DNA from: Octopus vulgaris
Taxonomy: Eukaryota
Assembly (NCBI GenBank): GCA_951406725.2
Contig: OX597819.1
Location: 37,324,001-37,388,000, forward strand
Length of the DNA stretch: 64,000 nt
Direction of reading: 5' to 3'
Positions 53,335 through 64,000 of the stretch are shown here, one piece after another (within the stretch, counting starts at the first letter, position 1; each line of letters opens with the position of its first letter). The translations under genes and the position numbers were made by a program. The notes below the pieces were generated by a model that searched no databases, was not told the origin of the DNA, and worked only from the letters and a program-made list of their open reading frames with translations.

Positions 53335-53877
53335 TAGTTGAATGAATTATCTTAGTATGGATAATTCGGTTAACCGATACCTGGATAGCAAATTCACGTC
53401 AGAAAAACACGGTTGAAGCTACATGCCAAGGGCAGAGATCACGTGCTTTCGTGTGGAAATCTGTGTGTTTTTTTAATACAAATAAATGAAAGAATGGAGT
53501 TGAACGACGGTTTAACAAAATTCCTTTATTCTCGACATATGTTTCGAAGGCTGCATATTCCTAATTTCGAAGGAATAAGGGGTGCATTATGCCGCCTTCT
53601 CATCAGGAAAAACAAGGAACTTATGTCAGCATCAAGATGAACAAAAACTCTTAGATGGCTGCCCACACGGAGTCCATAGCGATCGCTATGGACTCCGTGT
53701 GGGCAGCCATCTAAGAGTTTTTGTTCATCTTGATGCTGACATAAGTTCCTTGTTTTTCCTGATGAGAAGGCGGCATAATGCACCCCTTATTCCTTCGAAA
53801 TTAGGAATATGCAGCCTTCGAAACATATGTCGAGAATAAAGGAATTTTGTTAAATCGTCGTTCAACTCCATTCTTAC

Positions 53878-53883
<6 letters not shown>
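53332..53883. mobile_element. (TA)n-embedded 400-bp palindromic hammerhead element
   Basis: Spacerless inverted repeat 53482-53883, centred at 53682/53683, with two mismatches seen. A hammerhead lies in each arm. Confidence 0.8.
53743..53847 (+). ncRNA. Type-I hammerhead ribozyme motif with long stem II (mirror copy on minus strand 53518-53622)
   Basis: CTGATGA (53759-53765), stem II gaaggc.gcat/atgc.gccttc, GAAAC-atat-GTC (cleavage after 53831). Extended stem I aagttcctt..ttttc/gagaa..aaggaattt. Confidence 0.85.
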
Positions 53884-53920
<37 letters not shown>

Positions 53921-53921
<1 letters not shown>

Positions 53922-54057
53922 ACCGGTGGAGTTACGATTTCAGGAGGACGATTGGGATCACGTGGATGAGAAAGGCGCGATCCAGAGAGGAGTGGACAGC
54001 GTGCTGTGACCAGCGGTGTCAAATGAACGCCTGACGGACTGGTCGGTCAAGGTGATA
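53921..54057 (+). mobile_element. RTE-like LINE extreme 3' fragment
   Basis: Reads RWSYDFRRTIGITWMRKARSREEW..* and then the tail TGGTCGGTCAAGGTGATA into (TA)n. Confidence 0.65.
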
Positions 54058-54060
54058 TAT

Positions 54061-54130
<70 letters not shown>

Positions 54131-54914
54131 GTAGTATATGTGTGTGCGTGTATTACGTATACATGCATTTGTAAATAAATATGTAAATACATATATGTAC
54201 AGTATATATATAACCAAAAACAATTCGATAAATAAAAGATAATCTTATTGTTGTGTTTTTCTTGAATTTTCGATCAAAAAATCCTTATGGAAAATAGGAA
54301 GAGATAAGAGCAGACGGAAGAACAGGCGTCTGTATCGTTTGCGTCGAAGCTCGGAGGCCAAATAAGGCACTTCAAAGTATTGTAGCAACAACATTCATAA
54401 ACTTCCCGCCAATTAGAGAATGGACATATTTACAACATTTCTTCAATATCTGAGAAGAAAGAGATCGATTTAAAAGAAAGCAGAATGTAGAATTACCTTT
54501 CATCTTCTGATTAGATGTGTTAGAGGATTTTGAAGAAAGATTGTGATAAAATTTGAAGCACTGCGAAGAATTTGGGAATTTAAAAAGATTAAGAAACCAA
54601 AATAATGTGATAAATACAACACGTAGTTTTATTGCTTTTATATTATTTTTATGTTATTCTATAATTTTGTTGGCTCACCTGAATGTGGTAGAGTGAAAAA
54701 AAAGATAGGCTGCTTGGAAAATCGACCTGTAACGCAAATTCTGTTGAAAGCTATTAAAATTATTAACGTTGCCGTTGCTGTTCTTACTGTTGTTCTTGCT
54801 GTTTTCATTTAATTCCAGACTGGCCATGATCAAGCATACTCATCTTCAAACACTTGCCAGGTTTGGGTTTATTTTGACATGTAAAAAGCACAAATTTTTC
54901 ATAATAATACTCAT

Positions 54915-55410
54915 TTTCTCTTCTTCTTCTTCTTCTTCTTACAGTATTCACCCGGGGTGGATTGAGCTAACTTCATTCATCCTCAATGCTGCATCTCTCA
55001 CAAACGCTGGCCAGGCCTGGCGATTTGAGGCTAACGATCGCGTGATCTCCAACCACTCTTTATTCCAGCGGCGAACGCCGTAGATATGGGGACCTAGGTT
55101 GAGTTCCAGATCAGCCTTGACTGTCATCAGCAAGGTTTTTCGTTGTCCACCACATCGCTTTCGCCAACCCTGAAGGGGAGCTGGGGCAATTACTTCGTAG
55201 ATGAATTCTCCTGGTTGACGACGGAGGGCATGACCCAACCAACGCAGACGTCTCGTTAGAATGACTTGTCGGAGGGAGGCGATTCTGCACTGGTGTCGCA
55301 CCGAATTGTTGGAGACAAAGTGATGCCATCGGACACGAAGGATGCGGCGTAGACAAAGGTGATCGAAGGATTCTAGTCGCTTAATATCTTCCACCCTCAT
55401 TGGCCATGAA
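54915..55410 (-). mobile_element. RTE-group LINE 3' fragment
   Basis: ORF 54948..55400 has LESFDHLCLRRIL..VSN..V and RRLRWLGH. (GAA)n tail. Confidence 0.9.
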
Positions 55411-55569
55411 GCGAGTCAATACTCATTTTATCGACACACAAAGAAATGGAAATCAACTCAGATGATGGTTGAACTAAAATCGATGTTATTTAATTTCCCT
55501 ATCGCTGCAGCAAGAGTACGACACCCTCTGACGAGAATAGACGGGACCACTACATATAAACAGTAGCGG

Positions 55570-56560
55570 TCTTACGTAATCGGCAGGCTGAGGTTGAGCG
55601 TTTACGTTAGTTGATCGCTCGTTTCATGTAATTGTAACGTTACTCTGTTGTTTTGTGTTTTTCTACACTTTGTTTTTGCTGCCTTGCGGCGGTACTGCTA
55701 GCGTTTTCCCTCGGTTGAGATGGACTATGAAAGTCTTAGTTCGTCCCCTATGACCTCGTCTGAGGAGGATCCGAGAAGAAATCTGGAGAGGATTGACAAA
55801 GTATTGGAAGAAAGAAATAAAATAATCTTTGCAGCTGCGGCTAGTGGTATGAAAGAAGAAATCTGTATCAACAAAAAGAAATGCAAAAACACAAAGAGAT
55901 GTTGAAGAGAGAAGGACACGAAGTGAAGATGTCACCCATTAGCGACAATATTTATCAAGGAAAGAAGTATCACATACAGAACATATAACCCGGAATCCAA
56001 CAAGATGGAGATAGCGGCAAAAGAACAAATAGAAAAAGCACTAAGACCCATCTGGCTGGACACAACCTACTTTGCCAGAGGGGCGAAGTTCGCGACGGTA
56101 GAGGTACGGTTTACCAGTGAGGCGATAGCCAGATATCATTCCACGACCCCCATGAAGACAGACAAAGTAGTGCTTCTACCAATCTACCTGGGAAGACGCG
56201 CAGCCAAGGTAAAGGTGGGAGGAATACCCCCGGAGGTGGACAAAAACTCGGTAATAGCGGCAATTTTAATGGGCTTCGAGAAAAGGATTACAATCCTACA
56301 GACGATAAATGTACTAGCGAATAATTGGTTAGAGCAGATACTGGAAATAATAATCCAGGTGCCCCAGATGACTTGGAAGAAATGGTCAACACCATAACGG
56401 TGGAAGATGAGGTGAGGCTTGGGGTTGTGGTGGAAGGGAGGAAGCCGAGATGCTACAACTGTGGACAGTTCTGACACATAAGAGCCAAGTGTTTTCCACC
56501 ACCACCACCCCTGTAGAAAAGAAGTGCCAGTGAAGACTGTGTCTCCAACAGTCGTAACAT
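55570..56560 (+). mobile_element. Non-LTR retrotransposon 5' end / ORF1 (gag-like) relic
   Basis: ORF 56005..56397 (VKVGGIPPE). Downstream frame reads VVVEGRKPRCYNCGQF*HIRAKC, a CX2CX4HX4C knuckle. Confidence 0.75.
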
Positions 56561-56579
56561 CGACCCTGAAATTCCATGG

Positions 56580-58830
56580 AATAACGCTAGGTTCTGATCT
56601 TCGATACTTTCAATAAGATTTTTCTGTTGCAAGACGTTTCAATAATGTTGATATCTCTGGACAAAAACTATTTTGCTTGATTTTTTTGTAACGGTTGAAA
56701 TAAAGGGCTGTTTTCTTAATAGCAGCATTTTGATATGGATTTTAGTTGCTGTAACTATTCATCGTAACCAAGATTTCCTTTGTTGGGATTGTTACGAAAC
56801 CCTCTTCCACCCAGATATCATCTTTTCTTAGTATAAAGTTTATTACACACTGAGGAATTTCAACCGTGTTTGGTGGTCTGCTACCACAACAGCTCCTTTA
56901 TAGGATCCAGTTAGCTCAAGACATCATCAGGAGGAACCACGTCCGGTTTCGACCCCTACTCCTCTACCGTTTTGACGTGGCGCCCCCCCCCCTTCGGAGG
57001 TGTCTTCAGCTCTGGTGTTGGGTGCATATCTTCTTTCTTCTGTTCCCTGGCCTCTTCGATGTATAGTCAGCGAGTGTCAGCCGGTGACTGACTGACTTGT
57101 CAAATTTTCCCCTTTAAATATGGGGAATAGATCCAAAAATAGATCCTAAAGTATTCCTGTTTTCTATACTTCTTCCACGGGTATATTGCCAAGACTTGGT
57201 ACCTTGCCATATGAAAAGGACTTAATACAATTCTTTAGTTCTCCTCTATATGTATAGGTAAAGTTTCTTATACAATATTAAAGATAGGTTGGTTTATGAT
57301 GTTTGATGCATGTCTAAACAGATTAGAGAAATGCTCCTTTGAGTTCTTAAATTTAATCTTTAGGATTGTTTGCTTTTAGTTTTCCTCGACTGGTTTTCCT
57401 TTTCGCAGTAGTCCATGCGAGAGAAGATTGTTAGTTTTCTCAAGGATTTTTGATTATATTTATAGTATTTTATCCCCAAAATAAGCTTCAAGTTCTTTTG
57501 TAAAGGTTTCATCTGATTGCTTCCTACTTTCCCGTGTTGCTTTTTTCTTTTCTTTTCTTAGCTCTCTTGAGTTTACTTATTCTTGATTTAGCTCCATATT
57601 CTTCCTCCAATTCTTCACTTTTCTTTACTATCTCCTTACTTTACCAAAGGATGCAGTGGTTTCTTTTTTTAGTTTTTTTAAAATTCTACTTTTAGAATAT
57701 TCGCTTCTGTTACATTTCCATATTCATTTATGACGTTAATATAAATGGAGTTGCCACTCTTGACATCATCTAGAATTTGTGATGTTATGAAACGATTTTT
57801 GACATCAGCCATATATGACTGACTCACAATTACATCAGTGGTATGTTTACTTCAGTCATAATGTACTCTATTTTTACTTGAGTTTTTATTTACTCTCAAG
57901 CTAAACCAGAACTTTCCTGTCACAATTCGATGGTCAGAATTGACAGTAAAAAAGCGCATTTTATGCTTTACAGTTCATAACACTATTCATAACACCTTAT
58001 TCTCTTGTTTTGTTGATTCGTGCATGATCTAGTTCTGCCCTAGTGATTTGGGATTGTGAACATTCACAGCTTATCTTTTGTCTTTGTGCATTGTACATTC
58101 AGATTAATTATTTTACATTCCATTTAAAAGTCTAGGAAATATTTGGCATTTCAACTGGGTAAATGCCCAATTTTTGCATCGGTATCACCCCTAACGATTT
58201 TGACATTAGGTTTAGAAATTACTTTAGTTACTTCAGTGAAATTGTTAAAACTGAATCACGTTTTCTTTATTTATTGCATTTGTGGGGGCATTAACATGAA
58301 ATTGTTTGGATTCCCATTAAATGAAACAATTATTATATGAGATATGATACTTTAAACCGATCTTAAAATTTTGATAGGACCTTGGACTTAGGACCAATCT
58401 CTGATGGTTGAATTGCTTCCATTTTTTATGGCTTTTAAAATGTCTATTTTTTCCATGTTTTGCTGATGTTCGTGTATGCAGATTATCTCTATGTGTGGCT
58501 CTTTTGCCAATGCAGTATTCTTCTCATCCTTTGTAGATATCAAATTCAGAGACTGAACGTTAAAGATTTAAGATTGAAATACTTTTTTGACAATTTTTTT
58601 AAATCGTATAACCAGTGGTATCTTATTTCAGTTCAGTCTGGCTGAAAAAAAGAGCGCTTCTTGTTAACCCACACGAGTGGTATGGTTCTATCTTTGGAAA
58701 AAATGTTCATTTAGATTCTGTCTCTTCCGTGATAATGATAGATATTATCAAATCCTGAAAGTCACAGTAGCGTCCATAAGATTGTTGTACTTAAGAGTCA
58801 AAAGTACTCAACATCAGATTGTTAGAGTTT
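56580..58830 (-). mobile_element. Old LINE relic (AP endonuclease to start of RT)
   Basis: Reverse-strand remnants .APTN (~58285) and NSDHRIV (~57930). Purine-skewed sense strand. Interrupted by a GC-rich insert at ~56865-57100. Confidence 0.6.
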
Positions 58831-59272
58831 AATATAGTACAATACAATCAAGAGGAAATGCTATGAATAGTTTCTTGAAATTGTTGACGTAATGAACTGA
58901 TCGGATATGCAAACAACCTGGGTCCGTTGTTGAACAAAAGCAGAACTTAGGTTTAAATGTCTGACGGAAGCATTACATCATTTTAACGTAATTTTACGAA
59001 ACTATTCAGAGCATTTCATGTTGATTGTATCATATTACAATATGTATACTTGCATATACATGTGTGTGTCTATGTGTGTGTGTGTGTGAGTGTGTGTATG
59101 TGTGTGTATGTGTACATCCTCAAAATAATAACTTTCAAAAAACCGCACGGAGTAAGGTAGTTCTGATAGTTTATATCTTACATGCACGTAAAAAAAAATC
59201 TCGTAGTATACAATGCTGCAAATAAAACAATGAAATGTGAAAAAATATAGAAAGAAAGATAGATAGATAGAC

Positions 59273-59380
<108 letters not shown>

Positions 59381-59809
59381 TACTAAAATTGGTTCCTTAT
59401 GAAAGCAAAAGCGTTCAAACATGTATTTTTCTAATGGTTTAATCAGAGGTCGAAGAATACTACTCTTGACTTGGAGTCATACTGCTAGTGCATGCATATA
59501 CAACTGCGTGTGTGCACACATACACGCGAGTACTGTCCAAATTTCTGGCCAATCACATACAGCTAGCTGGCATTCAATTGGCGTATCAAGTTTCGGGCAT
59601 TTTGATTGGGTTTTGGATAGAAAATTCACCAAAAAGTCACTTCTATTGATTTTATAATGGATTTGTGGGGTAACTGGAGAAATGTAAAGATGTGCACGAC
59701 CACCCTTGGACGGTTTTGAATGACCATAGAAAGTGCGAGCCCTCTAACTGAAAAATTGTGGATTTGTATAAAGGACACACACACAGACATTTTGCCGCTT
59801 ATATAATTA

Positions 59810-60445
59810 CTAGCAGTATCGCCCGGCGTTGCTCGGGTTTGTAAGGGAAATAACTATATAAGCATTTTTAGAGAGTTATAGCCAAAAAATAGCAAAAAAT
59901 GCATTAAAAATGAAAAAAATATGATGGTAAATTTTTTTTTAAATCGTTGACTCATCGTAGACATTTTTAGAGAGTTACTTCCCTTATATAATAGCGAAAA
60001 AATGCATTAAAATGGAAAAAAAACGATGGTAATTTTTTTTTAAATCGTAGACTCATGTAGACGCTTTCTTAGCCATTTCTGTTTTGGTGTCTTCAAGCCA
60101 TGAAGTCGTTGTTCTAAAAGAACACTGGTCTCCTTGACAACGCATTACGACGTTGATTTCCTTACACTCCCTTCCCCACAGGTGCAGGTGTGAGCGTGGA
60201 CGCCAACTCCGCCGCCATCGACACACGAAAAATTATGCATTAAAATGGAATAAAAAATGATGTTAAATTATTTTTAAAATCGTAGACTCATCGTAGACGC
60301 GCGCTAATATTCAGACGGGCTCGATATGAATCACGACTATAAGCTACCCGAATTTGGTTAAACTGTACCGCAAAATGTGGGAGTAGTTAGGAATCTAAAT
60401 CGAAGGGGACAGACACTCACACAACTACAGTTTTTTATATATAGA
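59810..60445 (-). mobile_element. Non-autonomous Helitron
   Basis: On the minus strand: A|TC start, 3' hairpin CCCGAGCAACGCCGGG, then CTAG|T. Three internal sub-repeats ATGCATTAAAA...AAATCGTAGACTCAT. Confidence 0.88.
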
Positions 60446-60499
60446 TATACATAGCGCAGTAGTGGTGAGATATGACAGCAAAGAAAAGCATACATTCAC

Positions 60500-60830
60500 T
60501 CTCTGCATGCAATTAGACTCGGAAAGTTCGTGAGGAACCCATTGACCCAATTTGCTGACTTTTCCGATAGCACACAGGTGTCAATGAATGGTTGAATGAC
60601 CAAATCCAAGCTTCTCTGCTAGTTCCTCAACAGTTACGATGATATTTTGTTCCACCAGGGTTTTCAGGATGTCCTTGTCGAGTTCTACAGATCTTTCAGG
60701 ATGAGGCTCGTCTTCTAGGCTGTAGTTTATGGCTCGGGATTTCTGGAACCACCATTGACACTGCCTTACGCTTATTGTCCAATCCCCATATACTGCATTA
60801 ATATTTCTTGTACTTTGCACACATTTATAT
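60500..60830 (-). mobile_element. Mariner transposase N-terminal HTH relic
   Basis: RNINAVYGD.TISVRQCQWWFQK...SLEDEP...TVEELAEKLG. Confidence 0.85.
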
Positions 60831-60880
60831 TCTGTTATTCTTTTATATGTTTCAGCCTTGAGGTTGTGGCCATGCTGGAT

Positions 60881-60924
<44 letters not shown>

Positions 60925-61141
60925 TATCTGTCTGTCTGTCTGTATGTATATATGTATATGTATGTGTGTGAACAATAATATTTTCAACAGATGTGTTGCA
61001 AATGTATCTGATTGTTCTCAAGCTTCAATACTGTGTGTGTGTATGTGTGTGTGTGTATGTATGTATGTATATGTATGTATGTATGTATATGTATGTATGT
61101 ATGTGTGTATGTATGTATGTGTGTGTATGTATGTGTGTGTA

Positions 61142-61172
<31 letters not shown>

Positions 61173-61628
61173 ATGTATGTATGTATGTATGTATGTATGT
61201 ATGAGTGTATGTTTACTTTATTACTAATTACTCTCTTCCAAGAACATTTTCACTCACTCTTAGCTCTTAGCTTCCCATACATTTTACTCATGTATCTATC
61301 AGCGTCATAGACAGAATACTTTCACTTTAGTCTTCCTCAAATCACTCTGTCGCTATTTACTTTCATTTTATTCGTTGCCCACTGTGTGTGTGCGTTTGCG
61401 TGTGGTGTAAACCAGACTAAGAAAAGCATTTGACACACACACCAGAATGTGAGTTTTCTGTAAATTTTGCTTAATTGGAGTTTAAATTTTAAAAACTGGA
61501 CCTGGCATGACGCGATGCATTGTACTCTTAAAACTGCTAGGTAAATTGTAATTGAAGAAATCCTATATTGTAGATTTGTATAACTCCCAAAGGGAGGCAG
61601 ATAAAATCTGCCTTTTATAATAAGAGAT

Positions 61629-61691
<63 letters not shown>

Positions 61692-61897
61692 GCAGCAATA
61701 ATAATTCTCTAAAAGAGATATAGACAGTAACTGCTCGATAACATAAGGGACTAAAGCCATCTGAATATGGCTAGGGACAGGGCAGGGTGGTGGGGGTGTT
61801 ACTGTTGCATTTAGCCCCAGGCGAACATCGACGTCGCTAGATAGGCTTGACACCGTCACGGTGTCCTTTAACCTGCAAAGGGAGATAATTCCCCGAT

Positions 61898-61971
61898 GAA
61901 GCGGAAACCACACACGGACCATGGTTTCAAGGTGTATTGCCTATCGTCAACGTGTGGTAGGCCTCCGCTTC
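61898..61971 (-). ncRNA. Type-I hammerhead ribozyme motif (C3U variant)
   Basis: Reverse complement of 62372-62445. Predicted cleavage at 61917. Confidence 0.75.
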
Positions 61972-62371
61972 CTCGACGAAATCTCACTCTGCAGGTTATT
62001 CATATATAGATTTTCAAGCAAAATACATTTGCTGATTTCGAAAATCTGTTCGACAGCAATAATAATTCTCTAAAAGAGATATAGACAGTAACTGCTCGAT
62101 AACATAAGGGACTAAAGCCATCTGAATATGGCTAGGGACAGGGCAGGGTGGTGGGGGTGTTACTGTTGCATTTAGCCCCAGGCGAACATCGACATCGCTA
62201 GATAGGCTTGACACCGTCACGGTGTCCTTTAACCTGCAAAGGGAGGAGCAGTTACTGTCTATATCTCTTTTAGAGAATTATTATTGCTGTCGAACAGATT
62301 TTCGAAATCAGCAAATGTATTTTGCTTGAAAATCTATATATGAATAACCTGCAGAGTGAGATTTCGTCGAG

Positions 62372-62445
62372 GAAGCGGAGGCCTACCACACGTTGACGAT
62401 AGGCAATACACCTTGAAACCATGGTCCGTGTGTGGTTTCCGCTTC
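62372..62445 (+). ncRNA. Type-I hammerhead ribozyme motif (C3U variant)
   Basis: cacacg-TTGACGA-t-agg-caataca-cct-t-GAAAC-catg-GTC-cgtgtg. Stem I is extended by gaagcgga/tccgcttc. Confidence 0.75.
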
Positions 62446-62496
62446 ATCGGGGAATTATCTCCCTTGCAGGTTAAAGGACACCGTGACGGTATCAGC

Positions 62497-63936
62497 CTTC
62501 TCCATACGCCAACTTCAGGAGAAGTCCAGAGAGCAGAAAATGCCATTATATATGGCCTTCATTGATCTAACAAAGGCTTTTGACTCGGTAAGCAGAACAG
62601 GCCTCTTCATCCTGCTCCAAAAATCGGATGTCCACCAAAGCTGCTGAGGATCATCAAGTCTTTCCATGATGACATGCAAGGCACCATACAGCACAACGGT
62701 TCAACATCAGCCGCCTTCCAAATAAAAAACGGGGTAAAGCAAGGTTGTGTCCTCGCTCCTACATTGTTTGGCATCTTCTTCTCGCTCTTACTTTCACATG
62801 CCTTTCAGACATCAGACGATGGAGTGTTTCTGCACAGTAGAAGTGACGGGAAACTGTTCAATCTCTCGCGCCTGCGTGCCAAGACCAAAATCAGAAACGT
62901 CCTGATCAAGGAGATGTTATTTGCTGATGATGCCGCTCTGGTAACACACACAGAAGAAGCCCTCCAAAGGCTCATTAACTGTTTTGAGCAAGCATGTAAC
63001 GACTTTGGCTTAGCTATCAGCCTTAAGAAGACCAACATCATGGGCCAGGCTACATCGGACATCCCAAACATACATATTGGAGACCACAGATTACAAGAGG
63101 TGGAGAAGTTTACCTATCTGGGCTCTACCGTCACCTACAACCTATCCCATGACGCTGAGCTCAATATACGCATTGGCAAGGCAGCTGCTGCGATGGCCCA
63201 ACTCTCCAAACGGGCTTGGGACAACAATAAGCTGACCAAGACCACGAAAATGAAGATCTACCAGGCATGTGTACTCAGCACTCTACTGTATGGAAGTGAG
63301 ACCCGGACGCTATACACACGCCAAGAGCGTCGCCTAAACATCTTTCACCTGCGCTGCCTCCGAAAAATCCTCCGCATCAAAAGGCAGAATCATATCCCCA
63401 ACAAAGATGTCCTCAGGCAAGCAGGAATACCAAGCATGTTTGCACTCCTCACACAAAGACGTATGAGATGGCTTGGGCATGTTAGCCGTATGAAAGATGG
63501 CAGAATCCCCAAGGACATACTCTACGGAGAGCTTGCTAGGGGTGCTAGGTCTGTGGGTAGACCGATCTTACGTTACAAGGATGTTTGCAAAAGGGACATG
63601 AAGGCCTGCAACATCAATATTAGCGGTTGGGAGGCAGTTGCCGGCAACCGTGGAGAATGGCGACGTACCGTAAAAGAGGGAATACAAAGGAGTGACAGAG
63701 AGAGAGAGGAGAAATGGAAAGAAAGGAAGAGACGTTAACAAGTGACTATGGCACTACAACCAGCCAGGAACAGTCTTCGCTACATTTGCGGTACCTGCCA
63801 GAGGGAGTGTTTGTCCAGGATAGGACTACACAGCCACAGCAGGAAATGTATCAGGACATGAAATATAAAAGCCGGACTAGACTACTTGTGCGCAACTCCA
63901 TTGTCTCCCGAGACAGAAAGGATGCCAACCAACCAA
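62497..63936 (+). mobile_element. 5'-truncated RTE-clade LINE
   Basis: FSIRQLQEK..FIDLTKAFD, one frameshift at ~62620, then ORF 62674..63738 (GVKQGCVLAPTLF, LFADD, RWLGHV). A premature stop precedes CGTC..HSH. (CCAA)n tail. Confidence 0.95.
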
Positions 63937-63940
63937 TATA

Positions 63941-64000
<60 letters not shown>

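Larger units (their letters stand above)
61693..62498 (-). mobile_element. 361-bp-unit hammerhead retroelement (retrozyme or non-autonomous Penelope-like): 1.5 tandem units plus an inverted copy
   Basis: 61693-61884 repeats at 62054-62245. 62246-62498 is the reverse complement of ~61843-62097. Abuts (TA)n and contains a hammerhead. Confidence 0.8.

Noticed and set aside
53526-53839. Identical 85-aa ORFs on both strands
   Set aside because: This follows automatically from the palindrome, and there is no protein similarity I recognise.
59860-60300. CRISPR-like repeat array
   Set aside because: These are irregular sub-repeats inside a Helitron in eukaryotic DNA, with no unique regular spacers or cas genes.
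61320-61460. Plus-strand first exon ending at GTGAGT (~61449)
   Set aside because: A single donor-like hexamer without transcript evidence is insufficient.

Overview
AT-rich eukaryotic intergenic or intronic DNA made almost entirely of repeats. The microsatellite load and SINE types point to an octopus or other cephalopod genome (inference). No host protein-coding gene can be supported: the non-transposon ORFs I could assess are mostly translated microsatellites or lack any recognisable motif. Recognisable content: RTE, CR1, R4/Dong-like and ORF1 LINE relics; a Gypsy relic; mariner/Tc1 relics; a Helitron; tRNA-derived SINEs; and eight copies of a ~430-bp MITE with 8-bp TSDs and internal TTAGGG repeats. 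The most interesting signal is several unrelated short non-coding elements that sit in or next to (TA)n tracts. They carry minimal type-I hammerhead ribozyme motifs, usually in head-to-head palindromes. One is a 361-bp partial-tandem plus inverted unit joined to the 5' end of an RTE LINE. This looks like a Penelope-like or retrozyme system. All structures were folded by eye, and boundaries not defined by a TSD or TIR are approximate.
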